Below are positions 19,086-29,237 of a stretch of 64,000 bases of DNA, piece by piece (positions within the stretch are counted from its first letter, which is position 1; each line of letters starts with the position of its first letter). The notes under the pieces were generated by a model. It made no database searches, was not told where the DNA came from, and saw nothing but the letters and a program-made list of their open reading frames with translations. Source of the DNA: Nitrospiraceae bacterium (GTDB taxonomy: Bacteria > Nitrospirota > Thermodesulfovibrionia > UBA6902). Made by a program: the position numbers and the translations under genes. The DNA lies in contig QZKC01000068.1 of the NCBI GenBank assembly GCA_003599425.1, forward strand, positions 11,667-75,666, in the 5' to 3' direction.

Positions 19086-19874
19086 TTACCTCTTTATACT
19101 GTTTGCCATTTGCAGCATTTCGTCCGAGGTCTGCACAACTCTGGAATTCAGTTCGTACGCCCTCTGGCTTACGATCATGTTGACCATCTCTTCCACTATA
19201 TTTACATTACTCATTTCAAGAAAGCCCTGATTCACTGTCCCGAGACCGTCAGCTCCGGGACTGCCAGTAGTAGCTTCACCTGATGCACCAGTAGGAATGT
19301 AGAGATTTTTTCCTATGGCACTCAGACCGCCAGGATTTATAAACTGTGCCAATTCTATCTGGCCGATCTGCACAGGAGCTGAATTGCCGGCTTGCAATAC
19401 TGATACTGTGCCGTCATTTGTGATCGTGATCTGTAATGTATTGGCAGGAACACTTAGGGCCGGCTCCAGTGGATAGCCATCTGAATTCACGACACGTCCT
19501 TCACCATCAATCTTGAAAGAACCGGCGCGTGTATACGCGATCTCGCCGTCCGGTTTCGCGATCTGGAAAAAACCATTTCCCTCGATCACCATATCGAGGT
19601 TGTTACCGGTGGAAACAAAATCTCCCTGCTGAAACATCTTCTGTACGGCAGCAGGTTTGACCCCAAGTCCTATCTGGATGCCTGTCGGAAGTTCCGCTCC
19701 CTCAGCCGATGAAGCTCCTGCTGACTTTATTCCCTGATACAGCAGTTCCTGGAAGTCTGCGCGGCTCTTCTTGAACCCGGTTGTATTCACATTGGCAAGG
19801 TTATTGGAAATCACATCAATATTTAGTCTCTGCGCCTCCATCCCGGTTGCTGCTATGAATAATGATCTTTCCAT
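19086..19874 (-). CDS. flgG: Distal rod protein FlgG
   Basis: NNLANVNTTGFKKSRADFQEL and LEMSNVNIVEEMV. Confidence 0.96.
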   Translation of the reverse strand: MERSLFIAATGMEAQRLNIDVISNNLANVNTTGFKKSRADFQELLYQGIKSAGASSAEGAELPTGIQIGLGVKPAAVQKMFQQGDFVSTGNNLDMVIEGNGFFQIAKPDGEIAYTRAGSFKIDGEGRVVNSDGYPLEPALSVPANTLQITITNDGTVSVLQAGNSAPVQIGQIELAQFINPGGLSAIGKNLYIPTGASGEATTGSPGADGLGTVNQGFLEMSNVNIVEEMVNMIVSQRAYELNSRVVQTSDEMLQMANSIKR

Positions 19875-19942
19875 GTGTTATCCTCCGTTCTCAGTTCTTG
19901 TTTCTTTAACTCTCAACGCTCAAACACTATAACGCTTATCTC

Positions 19943-20653
19943 TTACCCTTTCCCCATCTCGTTTGATACTTTTGATGCCGCCTCGTCAAATGTCTGTATC
20001 ATCTTCTGGTACGACTCAAATTCTCTCAGGGAAGTGATCATCTGTACGATCTCTTTCATTACTTCAACATTCGATCCCTCCAGATACCCCTGGCTTACCG
20101 ACGCCTGCATATCCTTTCCTGGTTCATCTGTAAGAAATGCTCCTCCATCGACCTTCTTCATTTTACTTTTATCATCGAAGTCAACTATCCTTAGGGCGCC
20201 GACTGACACATCATCTACAAAGATCTCTCCGGCTGCGTTTACGTCTATCTTCCTGCCCTGCACCGCGACCGGGCCGCCGCTTCCAAGAAGCTTCTTGTTG
20301 TCCTGTGTGGCAAGATATCCCTCATTGTCAATTTTGAAATTACCGTTTCTTGTATACATTCCACCCTCAAGGGCAAAGAAGCCATCTCCGTTTATGGCAA
20401 GATCAAGTGGATTCCCTGTTCTCATCACAATACCGCTTGAGAAATCCGTTATGATGCGTGAAGCCTCAGTCATCACCCTTCCGTCTGTGACCAACGGCGG
20501 TTTATTGTCTACAGGGATCAAATAATCCTTGAATGATATTCTCTCCTTCTTATATCCGGGAGTGGTCGCATTCGCAATATTCTGTGAGAATATGTCCAGA
20601 TGCTTTTGTTTGAGGACCGCCCCGGAAAGAGCTATGTAAATTCCCTTATACAA
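19943..20653 (-). CDS. flgF: Proximal rod protein FlgF
   Basis: Likely TTG start at 20653 (MYKGIYIALSG); NIANATTPGYK, TGNPLDLAI.GDGFF, LEGSNV. Confidence 0.9.
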   Translation of the reverse strand: MYKGIYIALSGAVLKQKHLDIFSQNIANATTPGYKKERISFKDYLIPVDNKPPLVTDGRVMTEASRIITDFSSGIVMRTGNPLDLAINGDGFFALEGGMYTRNGNFKIDNEGYLATQDNKKLLGSGGPVAVQGRKIDVNAAGEIFVDDVSVGALRIVDFDDKSKMKKVDGGAFLTDEPGKDMQASVSQGYLEGSNVEVMKEIVQMITSLREFESYQKMIQTFDEAASKVSNEMGKG

Positions 20654-20667
20654 TATCAACCTCAGAT

Positions 20668-20682
20668 GCAAACATGATGCCA
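20668..20682 (-). promoter_or_regulatory. sigma54 promoter for the flgF operon
   Basis: TGGCATCATGTTTGC on the minus strand. Confidence 0.8.
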
Positions 20683-20812
20683 GAAGATATGGTGCATATG
20701 TTTAGTATTGTTATGTCTTTATTGCTGTGAAATCTAACTTTTCTCTTGCCTTTGACTGAAGCGTTCATCATATTTAACAAAGGAAATTTTTTCCTCTCAG
20801 GAAAATATCTCC

Positions 20813-20989
20813 CTATATCCTTATATCTACTCTTCCTTTTTTGTCCTTCTGTTCTTCATTGTTATCCTTTTTGTTCTTCTCTTCATCATTCCGGTCTTTC
20901 TTCTGGTTCTTTCTCGGGTTCTGGCCGGCTTCTCTTTCCTGCTTTACCGGAATTATCCCTGTTATGTTTCCCAACCCGTCGATTGCCAT
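20813..20989 (-). CDS. Small charged hypothetical protein ending KGRVDIRI
   Basis: Co-directional ORF between fliA and flgF; ATG at 20989. Confidence 0.6.
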   Translation of the reverse strand: MAIDGLGNITGIIPVKQEREAGQNPRKNQKKDRNDEEKNKKDNNEEQKDKKGRVDIRI

Positions 20990-21035
20990 TGCTGCATGCA
21001 AATCCCTTTTTATCTCATACTAATTACTTTCAAAG

Positions 21036-21767
21036 CTACCGTGCCCACTCCATCTTGGACCTCAGTTTGACAAGCGCCTGACTGTGTATCTGACAAACTC
21101 TTGACTCCGTTATATTTAATACCTTTCCTATTTCCTGCATTGTCAGTTCCTCATAATAATAGAGCGACAAAACCACCTTTTCCTTTTCAGGGAGGTCCCC
21201 TATCACCTCAGCGAGTTTTTCCTGAACGTTCTTTTCCTCAAGCTCCTCAAGCGGCGACTTCATGGTGGTGTCTGCAATACATTCAGAAAGGTTCATCTCC
21301 CCGTCGTTATGTTTGTTCGATTTGAAGTCTTCGATCCTTATCGGAGATGCGGAAACAGCGTACTGGAGTATCCTGAAATAATCACCCATATCCATCTTTA
21401 AATATTTTGCCACCTCGGTGTCATCGGGCATCCTGCCGTGCTTTTTTTCAAGTTTTTCCCGGGCCTGATTGATCTCGTCGATCTTCTTTCTCATGGATCT
21501 GGGGATCCATGCCGTTGCCCTCAGTTCATCTATCATGGCCCCTTTTATGCGCAGTTCAGCATAGGTCTTCAACTTGACCTTCCCAGGCTCAAACCTCTTC
21601 AGGGCATCCATCAGCCCCATAAGCCCTACACTGATAAGATCGTCAACTGTGACGTGAGCTGGAAGTTTCCACGAAAGCCTGTATGCCGTGTACTTAATAT
21701 AAGGCAGAAACTCCTTGATGATCTTCTCTTTTGTCTCTTCTTTTATTTCTGTCTTGTATTTCAGCAT
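21036..21767 (-). CDS. fliA: RNA polymerase sigma28 factor
   Basis: DDLISVG..GL, RIKGAMIDELR, LYYYEELT..EIG.VL.ITESRVCQIH. Confidence 0.96.
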   Translation of the reverse strand: MLKYKTEIKEETKEKIIKEFLPYIKYTAYRLSWKLPAHVTVDDLISVGLMGLMDALKRFEPGKVKLKTYAELRIKGAMIDELRATAWIPRSMRKKIDEINQAREKLEKKHGRMPDDTEVAKYLKMDMGDYFRILQYAVSASPIRIEDFKSNKHNDGEMNLSECIADTTMKSPLEELEEKNVQEKLAEVIGDLPEKEKVVLSLYYYEELTMQEIGKVLNITESRVCQIHSQALVKLRSKMEWAR

Positions 21768-22582
21768 TTTGCCTTCAACAGACCTCCAAGAAAAAACTGG
21801 AGCGTCCCCTTTATATTGTTATTGGTTTCAGTTGATATTCTCTGTACGATCTCCAAAATACTCTTTGCAGCTTCACTGTCAGGATATATTTCAATCAGCG
21901 CCTTCTGCTGCCGCACTGCCTTCTGCAGCAAGGGATCATAGGGAACATGGCCCAGGTAATCAAGGGATATGCTGAGAAATTTTTCAGCAGCTATGGAAAG
22001 CCTTTTGTATACGTCTCTTGCCTCTTTTTCGTTTTTTACATTATTTACAAGGATCTTGAAGTTCTTTTCCTGGTATTTTGTGAACAGAACTTTTATCAAT
22101 GCATACGCGTCGGTCATTGCGGTCGGCTCCGCTGATGTCACAATGATTATCTCCTGTGCCGCCATGCAGAAAAAAGCGACATTCGCAGATATCCCGGATG
22201 ATGTGTCTATAAGGAGATAATCCACGTCAGAATCATATGCCTCAAATTCCTCAATAAGTCTCAGCCGCTGGAACTCATCGAGTTCAGTCAGTTCCTGGAT
22301 ACCCGAGCTCGCAGGCAGGACTTTTATTCCCAAGGGACCTTCCACGACAAGGTCCTTCAGCTTCTTTTCACCCCTGAACAGGTGCTTGATGTTATACTGC
22401 GTCGCCAGATTCAGTATGACATCGATGTTGCTGAGGCCAAGATCAGCATCAAAGACCAGCACTTTCTTGTTCAGCTTGCTGAACCCTATCGCAAGGTTGG
22501 CAGTGATATTCGTCTTACCCACCCCTCCCTTTCCGCTTGCTACCGCTATCGTCCTTACTTTTTTTCCTTCCGCGATGTTCAT
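21761..22582 (-). CDS. flhG: MinD-like ATPase FlhG/FleN
   Basis: SGKGGVGKT and DADLGLSNID; follows flhF. Confidence 0.93.
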   Translation of the reverse strand: MNIAEGKKVRTIAVASGKGGVGKTNITANLAIGFSKLNKKVLVFDADLGLSNIDVILNLATQYNIKHLFRGEKKLKDLVVEGPLGIKVLPASSGIQELTELDEFQRLRLIEEFEAYDSDVDYLLIDTSSGISANVAFFCMAAQEIIIVTSAEPTAMTDAYALIKVLFTKYQEKNFKILVNNVKNEKEARDVYKRLSIAAEKFLSISLDYLGHVPYDPLLQKAVRQQKALIEIYPDSEAAKSILEIVQRISTETNNNIKGTLQFFLGGLLKAKC

Positions 22583-23646
22583 TATGCGCTCCCTGTTCTC
22601 AGAATAAGATTCGTCAGCTTCCTGTTGTCGATGAATTCAATGTTCCCCGGCACCCTCTGTCCTGTAGTTATGTATGCGACCGGTTTCCTGTATGTGCGGC
22701 ACAGGTTATATATGGATCCAAGTTTAACCGCCTCATCGGTCTTGGTAAAAGCAATATAATCTACAGGCAGTGCCCCATAATGTTTATATGTATCCATAAG
22801 GAAATCACCGTCACTTGACACGCTCATCAGAAGCTGGGTCTCGATCGGCAATCCCGTTTTATAGATCTCCTTCAGGTTCTTTATATACTGTTCATCCTTC
22901 GGATTCTGTCCCGTGGTGTCAATGAGCAGGATATCCTTGTCGTTGAATTTTTTTACGCTCTTTTTCAGCTCCTGCGCATCCGATACAATATCGAGCGGTA
23001 TCCCTATCATTTTTGAATAAATCCTTATCTGCTCTATTGCTCCGATCTTGAACGTATCAACACCGATGATTGCAGCTTTTCTTCCTTCCTTGACCGCTTT
23101 TGAGGCAAGTTTCGCGACCGTAGTCGTTTTACCTGCGCCCGTAGGACCTATAAGCATTACGATCCTCTTGCTGTATCTGTCTGACATATCCCAGACGCTG
23201 GAGCGGAAACTGTCAAAGAATTTTGTACGGCTCATGTCTTCGGATATAAGCATTTCGAGGTCATCTATATCCTTCGCCCTTTCGACAAGATGCAGCGCAT
23301 AATCGTCCCTGATGGACTTTTCCCTGAGAAAATAGAACATCTTTTTTCTTTCCGCAGGCAATGTCATTTCGCATCCGCTGTTGCGCATGGATTCGATGCA
23401 TTCCCTTAATGTTCTGATCTCATTTTTCAGCTCTGCAAGATCGCCTGCGGGCGGCGCAGCCAATGGCGCAGAAGATTTACTGTCATATCTCTCGACGTCA
23501 TAGTCAACAGCCGCGGTGATCTCCACATAAGGCCTCGACCCTTTCCTGTCCTCAGACGAAATGATCACCGCATCATCACCGAGTTCTTTTTTTACGCATG
23601 AGAGAGCTTCACTGAAAGTCCGTGCCTGAAATTTCTTAATTTTCAT
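22582..23646 (-). CDS. flhF: SRP-family GTPase FlhF
   Basis: GPTGAGKTTT.AKLA, DTTG, TKTDE and GQRVP. Confidence 0.94.
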   Translation of the reverse strand: MKIKKFQARTFSEALSCVKKELGDDAVIISSEDRKGSRPYVEITAAVDYDVERYDSKSSAPLAAPPAGDLAELKNEIRTLRECIESMRNSGCEMTLPAERKKMFYFLREKSIRDDYALHLVERAKDIDDLEMLISEDMSRTKFFDSFRSSVWDMSDRYSKRIVMLIGPTGAGKTTTVAKLASKAVKEGRKAAIIGVDTFKIGAIEQIRIYSKMIGIPLDIVSDAQELKKSVKKFNDKDILLIDTTGQNPKDEQYIKNLKEIYKTGLPIETQLLMSVSSDGDFLMDTYKHYGALPVDYIAFTKTDEAVKLGSIYNLCRTYRKPVAYITTGQRVPGNIEFIDNRKLTNLILRTGSA

Positions 23647-25663
23647 ACCGCAACATTCCCCTTATATCTAAATTTACCGTTGATATGATGTCTGCACTCG
23701 AAATCACTACGATTGAAGAGGATATCCTCTCCACAATTTTTCTCAGATACCTCCTGACACCCGGAGAGCAGAGGACTATTGGCTGTATCCCTTTAAACTT
23801 TCCCGAGGTCAGAGCTTTTTCAATGCTCTTTACCAGTTTATTTATGACGTCAGGACTTATGGTCCCTCCTTCAGTCTGCGACATCAGTTTCTCAAAAGTC
23901 GGGTCGAGAGTGAAAACCGGCAGTCTGCCGTCTTCGTTTACATACTGTTTGGTAATGGTCCTTGAAAGTGCCTGCCTGACGTATTCGGTAAGGATCTCAG
24001 GGTCTTTCACAATTGGTGAATGATCAAGCAGCGCATCAAAGATCGTGATGATATCTTTGATCGGCACCCTCTCCTTTAAGAGGTTCTGAAGCACCCTCTG
24101 CACAGCCCCGAGTGAAAGATTAGAAGGAACAAGCTCTTCAACTATCTTGGGATAAGATTTAGAGATGTTGTCCATCAGCTTCTGTGTCTCTCTTCTGGTA
24201 AGGAGTTCCCATGCATGCGCCCTGACAAGTTCTGTTATATGTGTACCGATGACAGTTGCGGTATCAACAACCATATATCCAGACAACTGTGCCTTTTCAA
24301 CTTCTCTCTCATCAATCCAGTATGCAGGCAGCCCGAATGCTGGTTCCTTTGTTGGTATCCCTTCAATTTTCTCAGTTTCCCCGGATGCAACTGCAAGCCA
24401 GTTCCCCATCATTACTTCGCCTCTGGCTATTTCAACCCCCCGGATAAGGAAGCTATACTCATGCGGCCTGAGCTGCAGATTGTCCTTAATATGGATGGGA
24501 GCGACTACAAACCCGATCTCTCCAGCTATCTGCCTTCTCATTGCCTTGATCTTCCCGAGCAGCTCGCCGTTAGGTTCATCCACAAGGGATATAAGCCCGT
24601 AACCGATCTCAAGGCTCAATGGGTCCAGCTCAAGATACGATTCGATCTTGGGTTCCTCGGCCGCGGGCTGCGCTGACACCTCTGATTTCTCCTCCTTCGG
24701 CATTTTTGTAAGCATATACGCCGTCCCGCCCGCACCCATAGAGATGAGCAGGAATGGAATATGGGGAAGGCCCGGCACAAGACCCAGCACCATCAGAACA
24801 CCCGCCGCGGTTACAAGGGCCTTTGGGTTAATCAATATCTGCTGTGTTATATCTTTACCTATATCACTGTCTTTTCCGGCCCGGCTCATGACAATACCTG
24901 CTGCAGTTGATGTGAGAAGCGCCGGGATCTGAGACACCAGCCCATCACCAATCGTCAGTATGGTATAAGTTGTTAACGCATCCGTTGCAGGCATGCCTTT
25001 CTGCAGTATTCCGATGATCAATCCTCCTATGATATTTATTGCCGTGATCACCAGTCCTGCAACCGCGTCTCCCCTTACAAATTTACTTGCGCCATCCATC
25101 GTACCGTAAAAATCAGCTTCCTGTGATATCTGCTCCCTGCGCCTTCTCGCCTCCCTGTCGTCAATGAGCCCGGTATTAAGGTCTGCATCTATCGCCATCT
25201 GTTTTCCAGGCATTGCGTCCAAGGTGAAACGGGCGGCCACCTCTGCTATTCTTCCGGAACCTTTTGTTATAACCACAAAATTAACTATTATCAGTATGAG
25301 AAATATAACGATGCCGACTGCATAATTACCGCCGACAACAAAATCACCAAAAGATTTAATCACCTGTCCTGCAGCATCAATCCCCTCATTGCCTCTTAGA
25401 AGAATAAGCCTTGTTGACGCTACATTGAGGGCGAGCCTGTAGAGAGTCGCCATCAGAAGCACAGAGGGCAATACCGAGAAATCAAGGGGCTTCCTGATAT
25501 AAATAGATGTGATGAGAATAATTATTGATAACGAAATTGAAAGCGTAAGAAGAATATCAAGCAGAAACGCGGGCAGAGGAAGGATCATTACACCAATTAT
25601 TGAAACTATGAGGACCGCAACAAATACATCTTCTCTTTCCTTTATCAATGTCAGGAAATTCAT
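23636..25663 (-). CDS. flhA: Flagellar export protein FlhA
   Basis: RIAEVAARFTLDAMPGKQMAIDADL and GTMDGASKFVRGD. Confidence 0.98.
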   Translation of the reverse strand: MNFLTLIKEREDVFVAVLIVSIIGVMILPLPAFLLDILLTLSISLSIIILITSIYIRKPLDFSVLPSVLLMATLYRLALNVASTRLILLRGNEGIDAAGQVIKSFGDFVVGGNYAVGIVIFLILIIVNFVVITKGSGRIAEVAARFTLDAMPGKQMAIDADLNTGLIDDREARRRREQISQEADFYGTMDGASKFVRGDAVAGLVITAINIIGGLIIGILQKGMPATDALTTYTILTIGDGLVSQIPALLTSTAAGIVMSRAGKDSDIGKDITQQILINPKALVTAAGVLMVLGLVPGLPHIPFLLISMGAGGTAYMLTKMPKEEKSEVSAQPAAEEPKIESYLELDPLSLEIGYGLISLVDEPNGELLGKIKAMRRQIAGEIGFVVAPIHIKDNLQLRPHEYSFLIRGVEIARGEVMMGNWLAVASGETEKIEGIPTKEPAFGLPAYWIDEREVEKAQLSGYMVVDTATVIGTHITELVRAHAWELLTRRETQKLMDNISKSYPKIVEELVPSNLSLGAVQRVLQNLLKERVPIKDIITIFDALLDHSPIVKDPEILTEYVRQALSRTITKQYVNEDGRLPVFTLDPTFEKLMSQTEGGTISPDVINKLVKSIEKALTSGKFKGIQPIVLCSPGVRRYLRKIVERISSSIVVISSADIISTVNLDIRGMLRYEN

Positions 25664-26697
25664 ATGTTCCCCTTGATCTTGTAAATATATGCGAGTATTT
25701 TGGCAACCGCCACGTAAAGCTCTTCAGGTATGAATGTATCTATATCAAGTTTAAAAAGCGCCCTCGCAAGAGGCTTGTCTTCAACAATCGGCACCCCGTG
25801 CTCACCAGCTATCTCCCTTATTTTTTCTGCAACAACTCCTGCCCCCTTTGCAATGATCTTGGGAGCAAACATCTTTTTCTCCTCATACACCAGTGCGATA
25901 GCAAGGTGTGTCGGGTTTGTGATGACGACTGTGGCCTTTGGCACTTCCTGCATCATGCGCTTTCGTGCAGTCTCTTTCTGGATGCTCCGTATTCTTGATT
26001 TGATCAACGGGTCGCCTTCCATCTCCTTATGCTCTTCCTTAACCTCCTGCCTGGTCATTCTAAGGGACTTTTCATACTGCCACTTCTCGAACAGGAAGCC
26101 CACAAACGCTACGATCAGATAGTATAGAAATGCTATCCCGACTGCATGAGTGATCATCCGTGCCGACTCCTTTATCAGCGCATTCAGTTCCATGGCTGAA
26201 AGCAGCGGAAGGGATTTCAGGTCTTTTCGTATGATGTAATAAACTACCCATGCGCCCACAATAAATTTCAGAATGCTCTTCAATAAATTCGTTACGCCGC
26301 TGGGAGAGAAAAAACTCTTCAGCCTGCCCATCGGGTTAGCTCTCTGAAAATCGAGACTGAAAGATTTTATCGCCCAACCGCTCTGAACCACGCTTGTAAA
26401 TATCACAAGGACGATTGAAACGAGCATAAAAGGAACCATTATCTTCGATCCCTCAACAATCGCTATCCTGGATACCTCAATCGGGTTCGTCCCGTATTTC
26501 ATGCCCAGAATGCTTGCCGTAATTGTCGACATGCTGATAAAAAAATACTCGCCTCCAAAATAGAACACCATAAGCATTCCGCCGGTCGCTGCCATAGAGA
26601 CAAGGTCCTTGTCCCTGAGGATCTTTCCCTTTTCCCTTGCTTTCTGCTTCTTTCGGGGCGTTGCCTGTTCTGTTTTTTCCTGGAATTCTTCCGCCAT
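25660..26697 (-). CDS. flhB: Flagellar export protein FlhB
   Basis: EKTEQATPRK and NPTH autocleavage motif. Confidence 0.97.
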   Translation of the reverse strand: MAEEFQEKTEQATPRKKQKAREKGKILRDKDLVSMAATGGMLMVFYFGGEYFFISMSTITASILGMKYGTNPIEVSRIAIVEGSKIMVPFMLVSIVLVIFTSVVQSGWAIKSFSLDFQRANPMGRLKSFFSPSGVTNLLKSILKFIVGAWVVYYIIRKDLKSLPLLSAMELNALIKESARMITHAVGIAFLYYLIVAFVGFLFEKWQYEKSLRMTRQEVKEEHKEMEGDPLIKSRIRSIQKETARKRMMQEVPKATVVITNPTHLAIALVYEEKKMFAPKIIAKGAGVVAEKIREIAGEHGVPIVEDKPLARALFKLDIDTFIPEELYVAVAKILAYIYKIKGNI

Positions 26698-26722
26698 GTC
26701 TTCTCTTCCTATTGCGCTTTCA

Positions 26723-27493
26723 TCAGGTCCTGGCCATCGCGATTATGCGCGACATTTCATTGCGCAGGTCCGCCAGGCTGATTTTAAATACATATTCAAA
26801 AACAGGGATGCTCAGTATAATGATCAGCAGTCCCAAAATGATATTCAGAGGAAGTGTAATAAAGAAAATGTTCATCTGCGGCGCCACCTTATAAAGAAAA
26901 CCGGTCAAAAGGTTGCTGAGCAGCAAACCTACTACAACAGGAGCTCCGATCTTCAGGGCAAGAACAAACAGTTTGTTCCCCAGTGCTATCACTTCAGGGA
27001 TGACCGGCATAATATTCAGCTGCCCTGAGGGCAGAAGCTCAAAACTTTTCACAAAGATATATATGATCTCATGATGCGCATCCATGACAAGGAAATACAG
27101 CATTGCCATGATCCCGAACGCCTCAGATATCTGGGTCGTCTGCCCTATCTCAGGATTGAAAATACTTGCTACGGACAGTCCCATGGCCTGGCTGACCATG
27201 TGACCTGCGAGATTGATCGCCATGAAAAGAAACCTAACGGAGAGGCCGAGGGCTGTTGCAATCAGCGCTTCCTTTAATATCAAAAGAGGTATCGTATTCT
27301 CACTGATCTCAACTTTCACCACTGGTGTCATCATGATTGCAATAAATACAGCCAGGCCGAGCCTGAATTGTCCCGGAAGTTCTTTGCCGCCGATGACTGG
27401 AAGCAGACTGACGAAGATACTGCTCCTGATCAGAATGATCAGGAAATTGGTTATATACGGAGCAAGCATGTTTATGTTATTTTGGTTTATCAT
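26723..27493 (-). CDS. fliR: FliR
   Basis: Hydrophobic; APQMNIF motif; gene order. Confidence 0.93.
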   Translation of the reverse strand: MINQNNINMLAPYITNFLIILIRSSIFVSLLPVIGGKELPGQFRLGLAVFIAIMMTPVVKVEISENTIPLLILKEALIATALGLSVRFLFMAINLAGHMVSQAMGLSVASIFNPEIGQTTQISEAFGIMAMLYFLVMDAHHEIIYIFVKSFELLPSGQLNIMPVIPEVIALGNKLFVLALKIGAPVVVGLLLSNLLTGFLYKVAPQMNIFFITLPLNIILGLLIIILSIPVFEYVFKISLADLRNEMSRIIAMART

Positions 27494-27528
27494 TCAGCTT
27501 TCTCTATTTCCACCACTCAGTAATTTTC

Positions 27529-27798
27529 TCACTTAATATAGAACGGTATCTGCTGTATTAAATTTGTTGTAAAGGCCATAAGCTTTCCGGACATCCAAGG
27601 CATAAGAACGAAAAGACAGATAAACACCGCCAGCATCTTCGGAACAAATGTCAGGGTAAACTCCTGTATCTGTGTTACCGTCTGAAAAAATCCGACGAGG
27701 ACGCCCACGATCAGCCCTACAAGAAGAGGCGGTCCGGCAACAAGCATCGTGGTCTTGAACATTTCCTCAGAAATACCGCGTACAAACTCAGGTGTCAT
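27529..27798 (-). CDS. fliQ: FliQ
   Basis: FQTVTQIQEFTLTFVPK. Confidence 0.96.
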   Translation of the reverse strand: MTPEFVRGISEEMFKTTMLVAGPPLLVGLIVGVLVGFFQTVTQIQEFTLTFVPKMLAVFICLFVLMPWMSGKLMAFTTNLIQQIPFYIK

Positions 27799-28574
27799 GA
27801 AAAACTCCTTACCATTGAACTCATTACTAGGTTCCAGCCGTCAACAAGTACGAACAGGAGCAGTTTGAAGGGCAAAGATACCATGACCGGCGGGAGCATC
27901 ATCATTCCCATGCTCAGCAAAATACTGGCAATCACCATATCAATTATTAAAAAAGGAAGAAACAGCAAAAAACCTATTTCAAATGCCGTCTTTAATTCGC
28001 TGATCGCAAAGGCCGGAACAAGCACGCTTATTGACAGTTCCTCGGGTGCTTTGGGAGCAGGCTGTTTCGACAGCCCTACAAACAGTGCAATATCTTTCTG
28101 CCTTGTCTGTTTCAGCATGAATTCCTTCAAAGGCGGCATTGCCTCCTTCACCGCTTCAGCGAAATCAATATCTTCTTCAATATATGGTGTCACTGCCTTT
28201 TCGGTAATTACGTTTATTGTCGGGGACATGATATAAAACGTCAGGAACAGTGAAAGCCCGATGATAACCGGATTCGGCGGAATGGACTGCCCCCCGAATG
28301 CATGACGCAAAAATGACAGTACGACCACTATCCTGGTAAAAGAAGTGAACATGATAAGAACAGCAGGCAGGAATGAAAGAAAACTGATCAGTAAAAATAC
28401 CTGTATCAATGGATTATCTATCTGGCTGAGATCAATGGCATATGACGGAGACGCATCAACTAAAACGAACATTAAACCTGTGATCGCTACAACCAATAGT
28501 TTTGCGATGCATGATTTCTTTTGTTTTTTAAATTTAAAATTTGAAATTTGCATTTTACTATTTAAAATTCTCAT
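27795..28574 (-). CDS. fliP: FliP
   Basis: TSFTRIVVVL, PAFAISELKTAF and LPFKLLLFVLVDGW. Confidence 0.97.
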   Translation of the reverse strand: MRILNSKMQISNFKFKKQKKSCIAKLLVVAITGLMFVLVDASPSYAIDLSQIDNPLIQVFLLISFLSFLPAVLIMFTSFTRIVVVLSFLRHAFGGQSIPPNPVIIGLSLFLTFYIMSPTINVITEKAVTPYIEEDIDFAEAVKEAMPPLKEFMLKQTRQKDIALFVGLSKQPAPKAPEELSISVLVPAFAISELKTAFEIGFLLFLPFLIIDMVIASILLSMGMMMLPPVMVSLPFKLLLFVLVDGWNLVMSSMVRSFS

Positions 28575-28885
28575 TTGTCTTCTGCCTTTATCCTCACCTT
28601 AAACCTCTCAAGCCTGTTATGAAATCCGTCCTGCTCCTGCAATTCGAGTTCCCCCTCATGAAAGGTTTTTAGCAGCCTCATTTCATTTGATGTCACCCCA
28701 AGTATCAAAATTTCCTTGCCTACACGCAATGCCGCAACGCCCTTCTTTGGGCCAAAGGGCTGGTATCCGATGATACTCATAAAACCGCCCCTTGTCTGTT
28801 TCTTTTTCATAATGAACCCTGTTGCAATGATCAGAAAGATCACAAAAGCAAGCGCTACTGCCATCTGTACATATGTACCTGTCAT
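28571..28885 (-). CDS. fliO: FliO
   Basis: N-terminal TM then GPKK...VGKEILILGVT; between fliN and fliP. Confidence 0.85.
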   Translation of the reverse strand: MTGTYVQMAVALAFVIFLIIATGFIMKKKQTRGGFMSIIGYQPFGPKKGVAALRVGKEILILGVTSNEMRLLKTFHEGELELQEQDGFHNRLERFKVRIKAEDK

Positions 28886-29208
28886 TTCAGTTGGGTCAGC
28901 CTTTCTGTAGGGCTGATGATGTCGGTAAGCCTCACGCCGAATTTTTCATTTACTACGACAACCTCTCCTCTTGCCACCAGTCTGCTGTTTGCCAGTATCT
29001 CCATAGGTTCCCCTGCAAGCTTTTCAAGTTCTACAACAGAGCCCTGGCCAAGCTGTAGAAGCTCCTTTATCAGCATCTTTGTTCTCCCAAGCTGAACAGT
29101 GATCTCTACGGGGATGTCAAGAAGAAACTCTATATCCCTCGATCCTGATGTCTGTTTATTTTCATTCTGCACATTTTCAAATGCATGCTGCTGTATGTCC
29201 TGGTCCAT
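28882..29208 (-). CDS. fliN: Motor switch protein FliN
   Basis: LLDIPV..TVQLG..GEVVVVNEKFGVR. Confidence 0.96.
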   Translation of the reverse strand: MDQDIQQHAFENVQNENKQTSGSRDIEFLLDIPVEITVQLGRTKMLIKELLQLGQGSVVELEKLAGEPMEILANSRLVARGEVVVVNEKFGVRLTDIISPTERLTQLK

Positions 29209-29237
29209 GTTTTACTCCTTTCTTTTTCATCGATCCT

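Noticed and set aside
19875..20525. Long antisense ORFs (also 3855-4361, 8431-8946, 32287-32826, 49612-50169, 53994-54590, 63234-63935 and others)
   Set aside because: They are shadows of well-supported genes on the opposite strand and have no recognisable motifs.
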